DNA of 64,000 bases from Escherichia coli (GTDB taxonomy: Bacteria > Pseudomonadota > Gammaproteobacteria > Enterobacterales > Enterobacteriaceae): the NCBI RefSeq assembly GCF_045037415.1, contig NZ_CP173438.1; one strand, given 5' to 3'. Below, one piece after another: positions 45,947 through 59,161 of this stretch. The translations under genes were made by a program, and so were the position numbers. The notes beneath the pieces were generated by a model, which saw nothing but the letters and a program-made list of their open reading frames with translations, was not told where the DNA came from and did not search any database. Numbering within the stretch: the first letter of the stretch is position 1; each line of letters opens with the position of its first letter.

Positions 45947-47332
45947 ATGCTGACATTCATTGAACTCCTTATTGGGGTTGTGGTTATTGTGGGTGTAGCT
46001 CGCTACATCATTAAAGGGTATTCTGCCACTGGCGTGTTATTTGTCGGTGGCCTGTTATTGCTGATTATCAGTGCCATTATGGGGCACAAAGTGTTACCGT
46101 CCAGCCAGGCTTCAACAGGCTACAGCGCCACGGATATCGTTGAATACGTTAAAATATTGCTAATGAGCCGCGGCGGCGACCTCGGCATGATGATTATGAT
46201 GCTGTGTGGCTTTGCCGCTTACATGACCCATATCGGCGCGAATGATATGGTGGTCAAGCTGGCGTCAAAACCATTGCAGTATATTAACTCCCCTTACCTT
46301 CTGATGATTGCCGCCTATTTTGTTGCCTGTCTGATGTCACTGGCCGTCTCTTCCGCAACCGGTCTGGGTGTTTTGCTGATGGCAACCCTGTTTCCGGTGA
46401 TGGTAAACGTTGGTATCAGTCGTGGCGCAGCTGCTGCCATTTGTGCCTCCCCGGCGGCGATTATTCTCGCACCGACTTCAGGGGATGTGGTGCTGGCAGC
46501 GCAGGCTTCCGAAATGTCGCTGATTGACTTCGCCTTCAAAACAACGCTGCCTATCTCAATTGCTGCAATTATCGGCATGGCGATCGCCCACTTCTTCTGG
46601 CAACGTTATCTGGATAAAAAAGAGCACATCTCTCATGAAATGTTAGATGTCAGTGAAATCACCACCACTGCCCCTGCGTTTTATGCCATTTTGCCGTTCA
46701 CGCCGATCATCGGAGTGCTGATTTTTGACGGCAAATGGGGTCCGCAATTACACATCATCACTATTCTGGTGATTTGTATGCTAATTGCCTCCATTCTGGA
46801 GTTCATCCGCAGCTTTAATACCCAGAAAGTTTTCTCTGGTCTGGAAGTGGCTTATCGCGGTATGGCAGATGCATTTGCTAACGTGGTGATGCTGCTGGTT
46901 GCCGCTGGGGTATTCGCTCAGGGGCTTAGCACCATCGGCTTTATTCAAAGTCTGATTTCTATCGCTACCTCGTTTGGTTCGGCGAGTATCATCCTGATGC
47001 TGGTATTGGTGATCCTGACAATGCTGGCGGCAGTCACGACCGGTTCAGGCAATGCGCCGTTTTATGCGTTTGTTGAGATGATCCCGAAACTGGCGCACTC
47101 CTCCGGCATTAACCCGGCGTATTTGACTATCCCGATGCTGCAGGCGTCAAACCTGGGTCGTACCCTATCACCCGTTTCTGGCGTAGTCGTTGCGGTTGCC
47201 GGGATGGCGAAGATCTCGCCGTTTGAAGTCGTAAAACGCACCTCGGTGCCGGTGCTTGTTGGTTTGGTGATTGTTATCGTTGCTACAGAGCTGATGGTGC
47301 CAGGAACGGCAGCAGCGGTCACAGGCAAGTAA
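45947..47332 (+). CDS. dcuC: anaerobic C4-dicarboxylate transporter DcuC
   Basis: 461-aa polytopic ORF. Confidence 0.95.
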   Translation: MLTFIELLIGVVVIVGVARYIIKGYSATGVLFVGGLLLLIISAIMGHKVLPSSQASTGYSATDIVEYVKILLMSRGGDLGMMIMMLCGFAAYMTHIGANDMVVKLASKPLQYINSPYLLMIAAYFVACLMSLAVSSATGLGVLLMATLFPVMVNVGISRGAAAAICASPAAIILAPTSGDVVLAAQASEMSLIDFAFKTTLPISIAAIIGMAIAHFFWQRYLDKKEHISHEMLDVSEITTTAPAFYAILPFTPIIGVLIFDGKWGPQLHIITILVICMLIASILEFIRSFNTQKVFSGLEVAYRGMADAFANVVMLLVAAGVFAQGLSTIGFIQSLISIATSFGSASIILMLVLVILTMLAAVTTGSGNAPFYAFVEMIPKLAHSSGINPAYLTIPMLQASNLGRTLSPVSGVVVAVAGMAKISPFEVVKRTSVPVLVGLVIVIVATELMVPGTAAAVTGK

Positions 47333-47372
47333 ATAGTAATGCCGGAGGCAAGTTTCCTCCGGCTTTATCATG

Positions 47373-48053
47373 TCACCCACTGTGGTATATGCGTTGCGGT
47401 CTGCCAACTTTGCCGTGAACAATTTCAGCAATAATCAGATGGCGGCTGGCGCAATATTCAAGATAACGCCTGGCAGTGGTGCGACTGATGGTCAGTGCCT
47501 GCGCCACCGTTTCTGCCGTATGTTGCACACCAGGCTCTTTGAACAGTTTTCGCACCGCGTTTAGCGTCAAGGGGTCAATGCCGGTCGGCAGTTCGTCTTT
47601 GGGTTCACCGCGAGCATAGGCATTAAACATCTCATCAATTTGCTTCTGGCTGGCGCTATCAATACTTTCCAGCATATGTTTACGCTGGCGGAAACGGGTT
47701 AGCGTTTGCCCCAGACGTTCATAGGCAATTGGCTTAATGAGATAATCAAATACACCACAACGTACGGCTTCAGACACCGTTTCCATATCGCTGGCTGCAG
47801 TGGTAAACACCACGTCGCCGGGATAATGCGCCTGCACCAGTTCATGCAGTAAATTAATCCCTCTACCGTCAGGAAGATAGTTATCGAGCAAGATTAGCCC
47901 CGGCTTAAAACGCTCGATCATCATTCGGGCCTGCGCCAGGTTTCCCGCCAGTAATATCTGGCTGAATCCGGGAATGTGACGAATATATTCCGCATGCATC
48001 TCTGCCAGCGGCGTTTCGTCCTCAACGATCAATAGGGTTAATGGAGCTGTCAT
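47373..48053 (-). CDS. dpiA: two-component response regulator DpiA/CitB
   Basis: 226-aa receiver plus HTH ORF overlapping the upstream kinase gene. Confidence 0.94.
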   Translation of the reverse strand: MTAPLTLLIVEDETPLAEMHAEYIRHIPGFSQILLAGNLAQARMMIERFKPGLILLDNYLPDGRGINLLHELVQAHYPGDVVFTTAASDMETVSEAVRCGVFDYLIKPIAYERLGQTLTRFRQRKHMLESIDSASQKQIDEMFNAYARGEPKDELPTGIDPLTLNAVRKLFKEPGVQHTAETVAQALTISRTTARRYLEYCASRHLIIAEIVHGKVGRPQRIYHSG

Positions 48054-49680
48054 TAGGTTTCACTTTCGGAATATAGATTGAAAATAAGGTACCGCAGGGA
48101 TCATTATCTTCGAGAGTGATAACACCACCGCAGCGCGTTACGTAGCTGGCAATCAAGTACAACCCAATGCCATGTTCACCGGGCTCGTCAGCACGCGTAC
48201 TGACACCCTGCTCAAATATTTTGTCTCGTAGAGACTCTGGAACGCCGCAGCCCTGATCGGCGACTTCAATCACCACATCATCGCCTTCATCGCTGAGGTA
48301 TAATTCAACAATCTTGTTTCCTTCATCGCTACGCAGGCTTGCTTCGAAGGCGTTATCAAGTAAATTGCCAACAATGGCTGCAAACTCGGTGCTGTCCAGT
48401 CCTGGCGGCAGTTGCGAAAGCTGGCTACCGGGGACGATGACCATTTTTAGCCCCAGTTCGCGGGCGCGCTGCACTTTACCAAAAAGCAGCCCCGCCACCT
48501 GGCGATCGGCAAACGCCTCACGCAGGCTGTCAATAAGCTGTTGCTGGGCCTGAGACTCACCCTGCACCATCGCCAGCACGCGATCATACTCTTTCATCTG
48601 CAACAGACCATTGAGCGTCGACATCCAATTGAGATGCTCGTGTCGCAATGTACGAAGGCTCTCGACGTATTGTTTAATTTGCGTCAGTTGCGCATTGAGG
48701 GTGGAAATTTCGTCTTTACTACGAAAGCTGATAATGGCCCCCAGCAAATCATCGCCAGAACGAATAGCTTCCCGATTGGCGATAACGCTCAGACCGTTAA
48801 AGTTCGCCACCACATCCTGACGTTTTTCATCAATCTGTTCGGTAAAGAAATCGGCGGGCCTGACCACTTCAGCAATGGGTTTACCCAACCATTGCCGTCC
48901 GGGGGAGCTCAGCCCCAGCATCTTTCTTGCGTTACGATTGATGGCGGTAATGTACCCGTGCGGATCCACCGCAATCAGCCCTTCATAAACCGAACTAAAC
49001 AGCGCCTCTTGCTGACGGACCACGCGTGCGATTTGCTTTGGCTCCATGCCCATCATCTGCCGACGGATATGCGCGGCCAGGAACCACGATAGCAACATCA
49101 AAATCCCTAACAGCACGACAAACACGCCTGCCATCGGTAATAAAAACTCAGCCCGCCAGCTATCGATTTTACTCACCAGATAGCCAATCGACACCACACC
49201 GATGACTTTTCCATCGTCATCAAAGATTGGCGTTTTGGCACGCATCGCCATGCCAATTGACCCTTTCCCGGTGATGAAGTAGCTCTCCCCTTTCTCCAGC
49301 GCGCCCGGTTTGGTGAACTGCATAGGATAACCAATTTTCTCCGGATTAGGATGGTAAAGACGAATCGAGTGCCGGTCGCCAATCACCACATAATCGAAAT
49401 CAGTATCTCTTTGTAATTTGTCAGCGATGGTCGCCAGCCTCTTGTAGTCACGCGTTTTCACTGCGCTGATGATACTGTCATTAGAAGCAATAATTTTTGC
49501 CTGATTCATTGCCATGTCGCGCACATGAAGCGTTAAATAGTCCTCAAAACTGGCCGTAAAATATTGCGCCAGGGCTGCAATGACAAATATTGAGAACACC
49601 AGAATCAGCAAAAAGATACGCAGCGGAAATGCCAGTCTTTGGAAAAATGCAAACTGTTTATTCTCGTTAAGCTGCAACAT
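48022..49680 (-). CDS. dpiB: citrate-sensing histidine kinase DpiB/CitA
   Basis: 552-aa ORF: two TM segments flanking a periplasmic sensor domain, PAS and HATPase domains. Confidence 0.94.
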   Translation of the reverse strand: MLQLNENKQFAFFQRLAFPLRIFLLILVFSIFVIAALAQYFTASFEDYLTLHVRDMAMNQAKIIASNDSIISAVKTRDYKRLATIADKLQRDTDFDYVVIGDRHSIRLYHPNPEKIGYPMQFTKPGALEKGESYFITGKGSIGMAMRAKTPIFDDDGKVIGVVSIGYLVSKIDSWRAEFLLPMAGVFVVLLGILMLLSWFLAAHIRRQMMGMEPKQIARVVRQQEALFSSVYEGLIAVDPHGYITAINRNARKMLGLSSPGRQWLGKPIAEVVRPADFFTEQIDEKRQDVVANFNGLSVIANREAIRSGDDLLGAIISFRSKDEISTLNAQLTQIKQYVESLRTLRHEHLNWMSTLNGLLQMKEYDRVLAMVQGESQAQQQLIDSLREAFADRQVAGLLFGKVQRARELGLKMVIVPGSQLSQLPPGLDSTEFAAIVGNLLDNAFEASLRSDEGNKIVELYLSDEGDDVVIEVADQGCGVPESLRDKIFEQGVSTRADEPGEHGIGLYLIASYVTRCGGVITLEDNDPCGTLFSIYIPKVKPNDSSINPIDR

Positions 49681-50059
49681 TGTTTTCCTTGCGGGTTGTC
49701 CCGAGCCTCTTTGACGGATGTAATTAAAATGTTGAATAAAAATACATAGATATTAAATATGATCGTGGCAAATTTTATTCATTAAATCAATTAAATCACT
49801 TAAACCTGCGGGTTATTTCGTAATTACATTAGTTAAAAAACTTAAAACCATTAAATAAATAAAAAACCACTAACTCTATGTGAAATAAATCAAAATTTCA
49901 CGCCGAAATACTCCTTAGGATGTATAGCGAAAGGAGAAAAAGATATACCTCGATCACCCCCCTTTCTCCCAAGTGAAAATAAAAGGTTATCAATTTGCAA
50001 CATTGAACAACATTCGTTGCAAATCGATAACAACATGCACCTTCAGGATACTATTTATT

Positions 50060-51118
50060 ATGTTCGGCAATGATATTTTCACCCGCGTAAAACGTTCAGA
50101 AAATAAAAAAATGGCGGAAATCGCCCAATTCCTGCATGAAAATGATTTGAGCGTTGACACCACAGTCGAAGTATTTATTACCGTAACCCGCGATGAAAAG
50201 CTTATCGCGTGCGGTGGAATTGCCGGAAATATTATTAAATGCGTTGCTATCAGTGAATCCGTTCGCGGTGAAGGACTGGCGCTGACATTAGCCACTGAAC
50301 TGATAAACCTCGCCTATGAGCGGCACAGCACGCATCTGTTTATTTATACCAAAACCGAATACGAGGCGCTGTTCCGCCAGTGCGGTTTTTCCACGCTGAC
50401 CAGCGTACCCGGCGTGATGGTGCTGATGGAAAACAGCGCCACGCGACTGAAACGCTATGCCGAATCGCTGAAAAAATTTCGTCATCCAGGGAACAAAATT
50501 GGCTGCATTGTGATGAACGCCAATCCCTTTACGAATGGTCACCGTTATCTGATTCAACAGGCTGCGGCACAATGCGACTGGTTGCATCTGTTTTTAGTCA
50601 AAGAAGATTCTTCACGCTTCCCCTATGAAGACCGGCTGGATCTGGTGTTAAAAGGCACCGCCGATATTCCACGCCTGACTGTGCATCGCGGCTCCGAATA
50701 CATCATCTCCCGCGCAACGTTCCCTTGCTACTTCATTAAAGAACAGAGCGTCATTAACCATTGCTACACCGAAATTGATCTGAAGATTTTCCGTCAGTAC
50801 CTCGCTCCCGCGCTGGGTGTAACTCACCGCTTTGTCGGTACTGAACCCTTTTGTCGCGTTACCGCCCAGTACAACCAGGATATGCGCTACTGGCTGGAAA
50901 CGCCGACTATCTCCGCACCGCCCATCGAACTAGTTGAAATTGAGCGGCTGCGTTACCAGGAGATGCCGATATCCGCTTCCCGGGTACGTCAACTGCTGGC
51001 AAAAAACGATCTCACGGCTATCGCGCCGCTGGTCCCTGCAGTCACGCTGCATTATTTGCAGAACCTGCTTGAGCACTCCCGCCAGGACGCGGCAGCTCGT
51101 CAAAAGACCCCCGCATGA
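50060..51118 (+). CDS. citC: [citrate (pro-3S)-lyase] ligase
   Basis: ORF track 49973-51118; start at MFGNDIFTRVKRSENKKMAEI, 352 aa. Confidence 0.93.
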   Translation: MFGNDIFTRVKRSENKKMAEIAQFLHENDLSVDTTVEVFITVTRDEKLIACGGIAGNIIKCVAISESVRGEGLALTLATELINLAYERHSTHLFIYTKTEYEALFRQCGFSTLTSVPGVMVLMENSATRLKRYAESLKKFRHPGNKIGCIVMNANPFTNGHRYLIQQAAAQCDWLHLFLVKEDSSRFPYEDRLDLVLKGTADIPRLTVHRGSEYIISRATFPCYFIKEQSVINHCYTEIDLKIFRQYLAPALGVTHRFVGTEPFCRVTAQYNQDMRYWLETPTISAPPIELVEIERLRYQEMPISASRVRQLLAKNDLTAIAPLVPAVTLHYLQNLLEHSRQDAAARQKTPA

Positions 51119-51132
51119 GAAACAGGTGAAAA

Positions 51133-51429
51133 ATGAAAATAAACCAGCCCGCCGTTGCAGGCACCCTTGAGTCTGGGGATGTGATGATACGCATCGCCCC
51201 ACTCGATACGCAGGATATCGACCTGCAAATCAACAGCAGCGTTGAGAAACAGTTTGGCGATGCAATTCGCACCACCATTCTGGACGTTCTCGCCCGCTAC
51301 AACGTGCGCGGCGTACAGCTGAATGTCGATGACAAAGGCGCACTGGACTGCATTTTACGTGCACGACTGGAAGCCCTGCTGGCACGCGCCAGCGGTATCC
51401 CGGCTCTGCCATGGGAGGATTGCCAATGA
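51133..51429 (+). CDS. citD: citrate lyase acyl carrier protein (gamma subunit)
   Basis: 98-aa ORF; operon position. Confidence 0.95.
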
Positions 51430-52334
51430 TTTCCGCTTCGCTGCAACAACGTAAAACTCGCACCCGCCGCAGTATGTTGTTTGTGCCTGGTGCTAATGCC
51501 GCGATGGTCAGCAACTCCTTCATCTACCCGGCTGATGCCCTGATGTTTGACCTCGAAGACTCCGTAGCATTGCGTGAAAAAGACACCGCCCGCCGCATGG
51601 TTTACCACGCGCTGCAACATCCGCTTTATCGCGATATTGAAACCATTGTGCGTGTAAACGCGCTGGATTCCGAATGGGGTGTTAACGACCTGGAAGCCGT
51701 CGTTCGCGGTGGTGCGGACGTTGTGCGTCTGCCGAAAACCGATACCGCTCAGGATGTTCTGGATATCGAAAAAGAGATCCTGCGTATCGAAAAAGCCTGT
51801 GGTCGTGAACCCGGCAGTACCGGCCTGCTGGCGGCGATTGAATCTCCGCTGGGCATTACCCGCGCAGTGGAAATCGCTCACGCTTCCGAGCGTTTGATCG
51901 GTATCGCCCTCGGCGCAGAAGACTATGTGCGCAACCTGCGTACAGAACGCTCCCCGGAAGGAACTGAACTGCTGTTCGCTCGCTGCTCCATTTTGCAGGC
52001 CGCGCGCTCTGCGGGTATTCAGGCGTTCGATACCGTCTATTCCGACGCTAACAACGAAGCCGGATTCCTGCAAGAAGCCGCCCACATCAAACAGCTGGGC
52101 TTTGACGGCAAATCGCTGATCAACCCGCGTCAGATTGATCTGCTGCACAACCTCTACGCACCGACCCAGAAAGAAGTGGATCACGCCCGCCGCGTCGTAG
52201 AAGCCGCTGAAGCCGCCGCTCGCGAAGGCCTCGGCGTGGTTTCCCTGAACGGCAAGATGGTGGACGGTCCGGTTATCGATCGCGCCCGTCTGGTGCTCTC
52301 CCGTGCAGAACTTTCCGGCATCCGCGAAGAATAA
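51426..52334 (+). CDS. citE: citrate lyase beta subunit (citryl-ACP lyase)
   Basis: ORF 51411-52334; start at [10 protein letters not shown] overlapping the citD stop. Confidence 0.94.
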
Positions 52335-52344
52335 GGCAATCAAA

Positions 52345-53877
52345 ATGACGCAGAAAATTGAACAATCTCAACGACAAGAACGGGTAGCGGCCTGGAATCG
52401 TCGCGCTGAATGCGATCTTGCCGCTTTCCAGAACTCGCCAAAGCAAACCTACCAGGCTGAAAAAGCGCGCGATCGCAAACTGTGCGCCGATCTGGAAGAA
52501 GCGATTCGTCGCTCTGGTTTACAGGACGGCATGACGGTTTCCTTCCATCACGCTTTCCGTGGCGGTGACCTGACCGTCAATATGGTGATGGACGTCATCG
52601 CGAAGATGGGCTTTAAAAACCTGACTCTGGCCTCCAGCTCCCTGAGTGATTGCCATGCGCCGCTGGTAGAACACATTCGCCAGGGCGTGGTTACCCGCAT
52701 TTATACCTCTGGCCTGCGCGGTCCACTGGCGGAAGAAATCTCCCGTGGTCTGCTGGCGGAACCGGTGCAAATCCACTCTCACGGCGGACGTGTGCATCTG
52801 GTACAGAGCGGCGAACTGAATATCGATGTGGCTTTCCTCGGCGTCCCGTCCTGTGATGAATTCGGTAATGCCAACGGCTACTCCGGTAAAGCCTGCTGCG
52901 GCTCCCTCGGCTATGCAATGGTTGATGCCGACAACGCAAAACAGGTCGTGATGCTTACCGAAGAACTGCTGCCTTATCCGCATAATCCGGCAAGCATTGA
53001 GCAAGATCAGGTTGATCTGATCGTCAAAGTTGATCGCGTTGGCGATGCTGCAAAAATCGGCGCTGGTGCTACCCGTATGACCACTAACCCGCGCGAACTG
53101 CTTATTGCCCGTAGCGCTGCGGATGTGATTGTTAACTCTGGCTACTTCAAAGAAGGTTTCTCCATGCAGACCGGCACCGGCGGCGCTTCGCTGGCGGTAA
53201 CCCGTTTCCTGGAAGACAAAATGCGTAGCCGCGATATTCGCGCCGACTTCGCCCTCGGCGGTATTACCGCGACGATGGTTGACCTGCACGAAAAAGGTCT
53301 GATCCGCAAACTGCTGGATGTGCAGAGCTTTGACAGCCAAGCTGCGCAATCGCTGGCCCGTAACCCCAATCACATCGAAATCAGCGCCAACCAATACGCT
53401 AACTGGGGGTCGAAAGGCGCATCGGTTGATCGTCTCGACGTGGTGGTACTGAGTGCGCTGGAAATTGACACCCAGTTCAACGTTAACGTGCTGACCGGCT
53501 CTGACGGCGTACTGCGTGGTGCTTCCGGTGGTCACTGCGATACCGCGATTGCCTCTGCGCTTTCCATCATCGTCGCGCCGCTGGTACGCGGTCGTATTCC
53601 GACGCTGGTGGATAACGTGCTGACCTGCATCACCCCGGGCTCCAGTGTCGATATTCTGGTCACAGACCACGGCATCGCTGTTAACCCGGCACGTCCGGAG
53701 CTGGCAGAACGTCTGCAGGAAGCGGGGATCAAAGTGGTTTCTATTGAGTGGCTGCGTGAACGTGCGCGTCTGCTGACCGGTGAACCACAGCCGATTGAAT
53801 TCACCGACCGCGTCGTTGCCGTTGTGCGTTACCGCGATGGCTCGGTGATCGATGTTGTGCATCAGGTGAAGGAATAA
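52345..53877 (+). CDS. citF: citrate lyase alpha subunit (citrate CoA-transferase)
   Basis: ORF 52303-53877; start at MTQKIEQSQRQ, 510 aa. Confidence 0.94.
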   Translation: MTQKIEQSQRQERVAAWNRRAECDLAAFQNSPKQTYQAEKARDRKLCADLEEAIRRSGLQDGMTVSFHHAFRGGDLTVNMVMDVIAKMGFKNLTLASSSLSDCHAPLVEHIRQGVVTRIYTSGLRGPLAEEISRGLLAEPVQIHSHGGRVHLVQSGELNIDVAFLGVPSCDEFGNANGYSGKACCGSLGYAMVDADNAKQVVMLTEELLPYPHNPASIEQDQVDLIVKVDRVGDAAKIGAGATRMTTNPRELLIARSAADVIVNSGYFKEGFSMQTGTGGASLAVTRFLEDKMRSRDIRADFALGGITATMVDLHEKGLIRKLLDVQSFDSQAAQSLARNPNHIEISANQYANWGSKGASVDRLDVVVLSALEIDTQFNVNVLTGSDGVLRGASGGHCDTAIASALSIIVAPLVRGRIPTLVDNVLTCITPGSSVDILVTDHGIAVNPARPELAERLQEAGIKVVSIEWLRERARLLTGEPQPIEFTDRVVAVVRYRDGSVIDVVHQVKE

Positions 53878-53880
53878 GCC

Positions 53881-55285
<1,405 letters not shown>

Positions 55286-55335
55286 TTATTTAAGCACTTG
55301 ATAAATTTGGAAATATTAATTTTCGGAGAACCCGT

Positions 55336-56799
55336 ATGTCTTTAGCAAAAGATAATATATGGAAACTATTGGCGCCCCTGGTGGTGATGGGTGTCATGTT
55401 TCTTATCCCTGTACCTGACGGTATGCCGCCGCAGGCGTGGCATTACTTTGCAGTGTTTGTGGCAATGATTGTCGGCATGATCCTCGAGCCAATTCCGGCA
55501 ACGGCGATCAGTTTTATTGCGGTTACTATTTGCGTTATTGGCAGTAATTACCTGCTCTTTGATGCCAAAGAATTAGCTGACCCAGCGTTTAATGCGCAAA
55601 AACAGGCGCTGAAATGGGGTCTGGCTGGTTTTTCCAGCACCACGGTATGGCTGGTATTTGGCGCATTTATTTTTGCATTAGGGTATGAAGTTTCCGGGTT
55701 AGGCCGTCGTATTGCCCTTTTCCTGGTGAAATTCATGGGGAAACGCACGCTGACGTTGGGTTATGCGATTGTCATTATCGACATTCTGCTGGCACCGTTT
55801 ACACCGTCCAACACCGCGCGTACCGGGGGTACGGTTTTTCCGGTCATTAAAAACCTGCCGCCGCTGTTTAAATCATTCCCGAACGATCCGTCCGCGCGTC
55901 GTATTGGCGGCTATTTGATGTGGATGATGGTCATTAGTACCAGTCTGAGTTCGTCCATGTTTGTCACCGGTGCGGCACCAAACGTGCTGGGTCTGGAGTT
56001 CGTCAGCAAAATTGCCGGTATCCAGATTAGCTGGTTGCAGTGGTTCCTCTGCTTCCTGCCGGTTGGGGTTATCTTGCTTATCATTGCGCCGTGGCTTTCC
56101 TACGTGCTGTACAAACCGGAAATCACACACAGTGAAGAAGTGGCAACCTGGGCGGGTGATGAACTAAAAACCATGGGTGCGCTGACGCGCAGAGAGTGGA
56201 CGCTGATTGGCCTTGTATTGCTCAGCTTAGGTTTGTGGGTATTTGGCAGTGAAGTCATTAATGCTACTGCGGTAGGTCTGCTGGCAGTTTCGCTGATGCT
56301 GGCGCTGCACGTTGTGCCGTGGAAAGACATTACTCGCTATAACAGCGCATGGAACACGCTGGTCAACCTGGCAACGCTGGTTGTTATGGCGAATGGCCTG
56401 ACCCGTTCTGGCTTTATCGACTGGTTCGCCAACACGATGAGTACACACCTGGAAGGCTTCTCACCAAACGCAACGGTGATTGTACTGGTTCTGGTGTTCT
56501 ACTTTGCACACTACCTGTTTGCCAGCCTGTCTGCGCACACCGCAACCATGCTGCCGGTTATTCTGGCCGTCGGTAAAGGGATTCCGGGCGTACCAATGGA
56601 ACAACTGTGTATCCTGCTGGTGCTGTCTATCGGTATCATGGGCTGTCTGACGCCTTATGCAACCGGTCCTGGGGTGATTATTTACGGCTGTGGCTATGTG
56701 AAATCAAAAGATTACTGGCGTCTTGGCGCAATCTTCGGGGTGATTTACATCTCTATGCTGCTGTTGGTTGGCTGGCCGATTCTCGCCATGTGGAACTAA
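55336..56799 (+). CDS. citT: citrate:succinate antiporter
   Basis: 487-aa polytopic DASS-family ORF. Confidence 0.95.
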   Translation: MSLAKDNIWKLLAPLVVMGVMFLIPVPDGMPPQAWHYFAVFVAMIVGMILEPIPATAISFIAVTICVIGSNYLLFDAKELADPAFNAQKQALKWGLAGFSSTTVWLVFGAFIFALGYEVSGLGRRIALFLVKFMGKRTLTLGYAIVIIDILLAPFTPSNTARTGGTVFPVIKNLPPLFKSFPNDPSARRIGGYLMWMMVISTSLSSSMFVTGAAPNVLGLEFVSKIAGIQISWLQWFLCFLPVGVILLIIAPWLSYVLYKPEITHSEEVATWAGDELKTMGALTRREWTLIGLVLLSLGLWVFGSEVINATAVGLLAVSLMLALHVVPWKDITRYNSAWNTLVNLATLVVMANGLTRSGFIDWFANTMSTHLEGFSPNATVIVLVLVFYFAHYLFASLSAHTATMLPVILAVGKGIPGVPMEQLCILLVLSIGIMGCLTPYATGPGVIIYGCGYVKSKDYWRLGAIFGVIYISMLLLVGWPILAMWN

Positions 56800-56830
56800 T
56801 ACGTTCGCCAAACGCTGAATAAATCATCAC

Positions 56831-56866
56831 GCCCGCCAGGTAAGCCCACCTGGCGGGCTTTTTTAT
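56831..56866 (+). terminator. rho-independent terminator after citT
   Basis: gcccgccagg-taagcccac-ctggcgggc followed by TTTTTTAT. Confidence 0.75.
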
Positions 56867-56912
56867 GATTTAATAGATAATATTCAGTGTATGTATGAGT
56901 TCCACACCCATT

Positions 56913-57719
56913 ATGAAAGCATTCTGGCGTAACGCCGCGTTGCTCGCGGTTTCTCTGCTTCCCTTCTCTTCTGCCAACGCCGTGGCGTTGCAGGCAAAAC
57001 AGTATGGCGATTTTGATCGCTATGTCCTGGCCCTCTCCTGGCAAACCGGATTTTGCCAGAGTCAACACGATCGAAATCGTAACGAACGAGATGAATGTCG
57101 CCTGCAAACCGAAACGACCAACAAAGCTGATTTTTTGACCGTACATGGTCTGTGGCCAGGATTGCCTAAATCGGTTGCTGCCCGTGGTGTTGATGAACGC
57201 CGCTGGATGCGCTTCGGTTGCGCTACTCGCCCAATCCCGAATCTGCCAGAAGCACGCGCCAGCCGGATGTGTTCATCGCCGGAAACCGGGTTATCGCTGG
57301 AAACGGCAGCTAAACTAAGTGAAGTCATGCCAGGAGCTGGCGGACGTTCCTGCCTGGAACGCTACGAATATGCCAAACACGGTGCCTGCTTTGGTTTTGA
57401 TCCAGACGCATACTTCGGCACGATGGTACGCCTGAATCAAGAAATTAAAGAGAGCGAAGCCGGAAAATTCCTTGCGGATAACTACGGTAAAACAGTGAGC
57501 CGCCGTGACTTTGATGCCGCCTTTGCCAAAAGCTGGGGAAAAGAGAACGTGAAAGCAGTTAAGCTAACGTGCCAGGGTAACCCTGCGTATTTGACTGAAA
57601 TTCAGATCTCGATCAAAGCTGACGCCATCAACGCTCCGCTTTCTGCCAACTCATTCTTGCCACAACCACACCCAGGCAACTGTGGCAAAACCTTTGTGAT
57701 TGATAAAGCAGGTTATTAA
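56913..57719 (+). CDS. rna: periplasmic ribonuclease I (T2 family)
   Basis: ORF track 56895-57719; start at MKAFWRNAALLAVSLLPFSSANA (signal peptide); T2 RNase motifs FLTVHGLWP and KHGAC. Hand count of the line text places the ORF start 1 nt earlier than the track; track coordinates used. Confidence 0.94.
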   Translation: MKAFWRNAALLAVSLLPFSSANAVALQAKQYGDFDRYVLALSWQTGFCQSQHDRNRNERDECRLQTETTNKADFLTVHGLWPGLPKSVAARGVDERRWMRFGCATRPIPNLPEARASRMCSSPETGLSLETAAKLSEVMPGAGGRSCLERYEYAKHGACFGFDPDAYFGTMVRLNQEIKESEAGKFLADNYGKTVSRRDFDAAFAKSWGKENVKAVKLTCQGNPAYLTEIQISIKADAINAPLSANSFLPQPHPGNCGKTFVIDKAGY

Positions 57720-57948
57720 TCCTCTGATTTACAAAACACGCTAATTCGTCTTCCATAAACCATGACGATTAAGATTTATACATAATGCGCTACATTGAGG
57801 AATTCCCTGAATGTGACGCAAATCACTTCAAAGAGTGAGCAACAGTCAGTATCATCATGTGAGTTAAACCCTCGCCGCCTGACGGTGAGGGTTTTCTTTT
57901 GGGTATGTTTATCTGCGACACTCGCAGTACCGACGACATGGAGTAAAA

Positions 57949-58359
57949 ATGTCCAGACCAACTATCATCATTAACGACCTGGATGCCGAACGCATCGATA
58001 TTCTGCTGGAGCAACCCGCCTATGCTGGTTTGCCAATCGCCGACGCGTTAAACGCAGAGTTGGATCGCGCCCAAATGTGTTCGCCAGAAGAGATGCCACA
58101 CGACGTGGTGACAATGAACAGCCGGGTTAAATTCCGCAATCTTAGCGATGGCGAAGTGCGTGTGCGCACGCTGGTGTATCCGGCAAAAATGACCGATAGC
58201 AATACTCAGCTTTCCGTTATGGCTCCGGTAGGTGCCGCACTGCTGGGGCTGCGCGTTGGCGATTCCATTCACTGGGAACTTCCGGGCGGCGTTGCAACCC
58301 ACCTTGAAGTGCTGGAACTCGAATACCAGCCAGAAGCTGCTGGCGACTACCTGCTTTAA
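57949..58359 (+). CDS. rnk: regulator of nucleoside diphosphate kinase (GreA/GreB-like)
   Basis: 136-aa ORF. Confidence 0.94.
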
Positions 58360-58714
58360 TCCCATCTGCACAAGCGATAACTCGCTTTGCCCAGAGGATG
58401 CACTCGCATCCTCTTTCCGCTCAAATATCAACCAGATTTATCATTTTGCTCTTAAGCGCAGCATTCTAATCTGAACTGGTTATTCATCTGCGGAACCTCA
58501 TATGAGCGAAGCTCTCGGTATCACTGCATTTTATATATTCATAGCAGCAATTATTGTTGCTGCAGTGCTATACCTTGAACAACGCTGGTAGCGCCTGGTT
58601 TTATTTATTTTCCAGCTCAATAGCAAATTCAGATCAAATCAGCCTCGCAAATTATAGATTCATAACCAATAATGTGCTGTTATGTATACATGCAAAAACA
58701 AGGAGAGAATGCTT

Positions 58715-59143
58715 ATGTACAAAACAATCATCATGCCAGTGGATGTTTTCGAAATGGAATTGAGCGACAAAGCGATTCGCCACGCTGAATTCCTCGCCCA
58801 GGATGACGGAGTTATTCATCTACTTCACGTACTACCGGGGTCAGCCAGCCTGAGCCTGCACCGTTTTGCCGCTGATGTACGTCGTTTTGAAGAGCATCTG
58901 CAACATGAAGCAGAAGAACGTTTGCAAACGATGGTCAGCCACTTCACCATCGATCCTTCCCGCATTAAGCAACATGTCCGTTTTGGTAGTGTGCGGGATG
59001 AAGTTAACGAGTTAGCGAAAGAACTTGATGCAGATGTAGTAGTGATTGGTTCGCGTAACCCATCAATTTCAACTCATCTGTTGGGTTCTAACGCCTCGAG
59101 CGTAATCCGCCACGCCAATTTGCCGGTGCTGGTTGTGCGTTAA
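58715..59143 (+). CDS. uspG: universal stress protein G
   Basis: ORF 58682-59143; start at [11 protein letters not shown], 142 aa. Confidence 0.93.
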
Positions 59144-59161
59144 TTGCCAGAATAAGTCTCC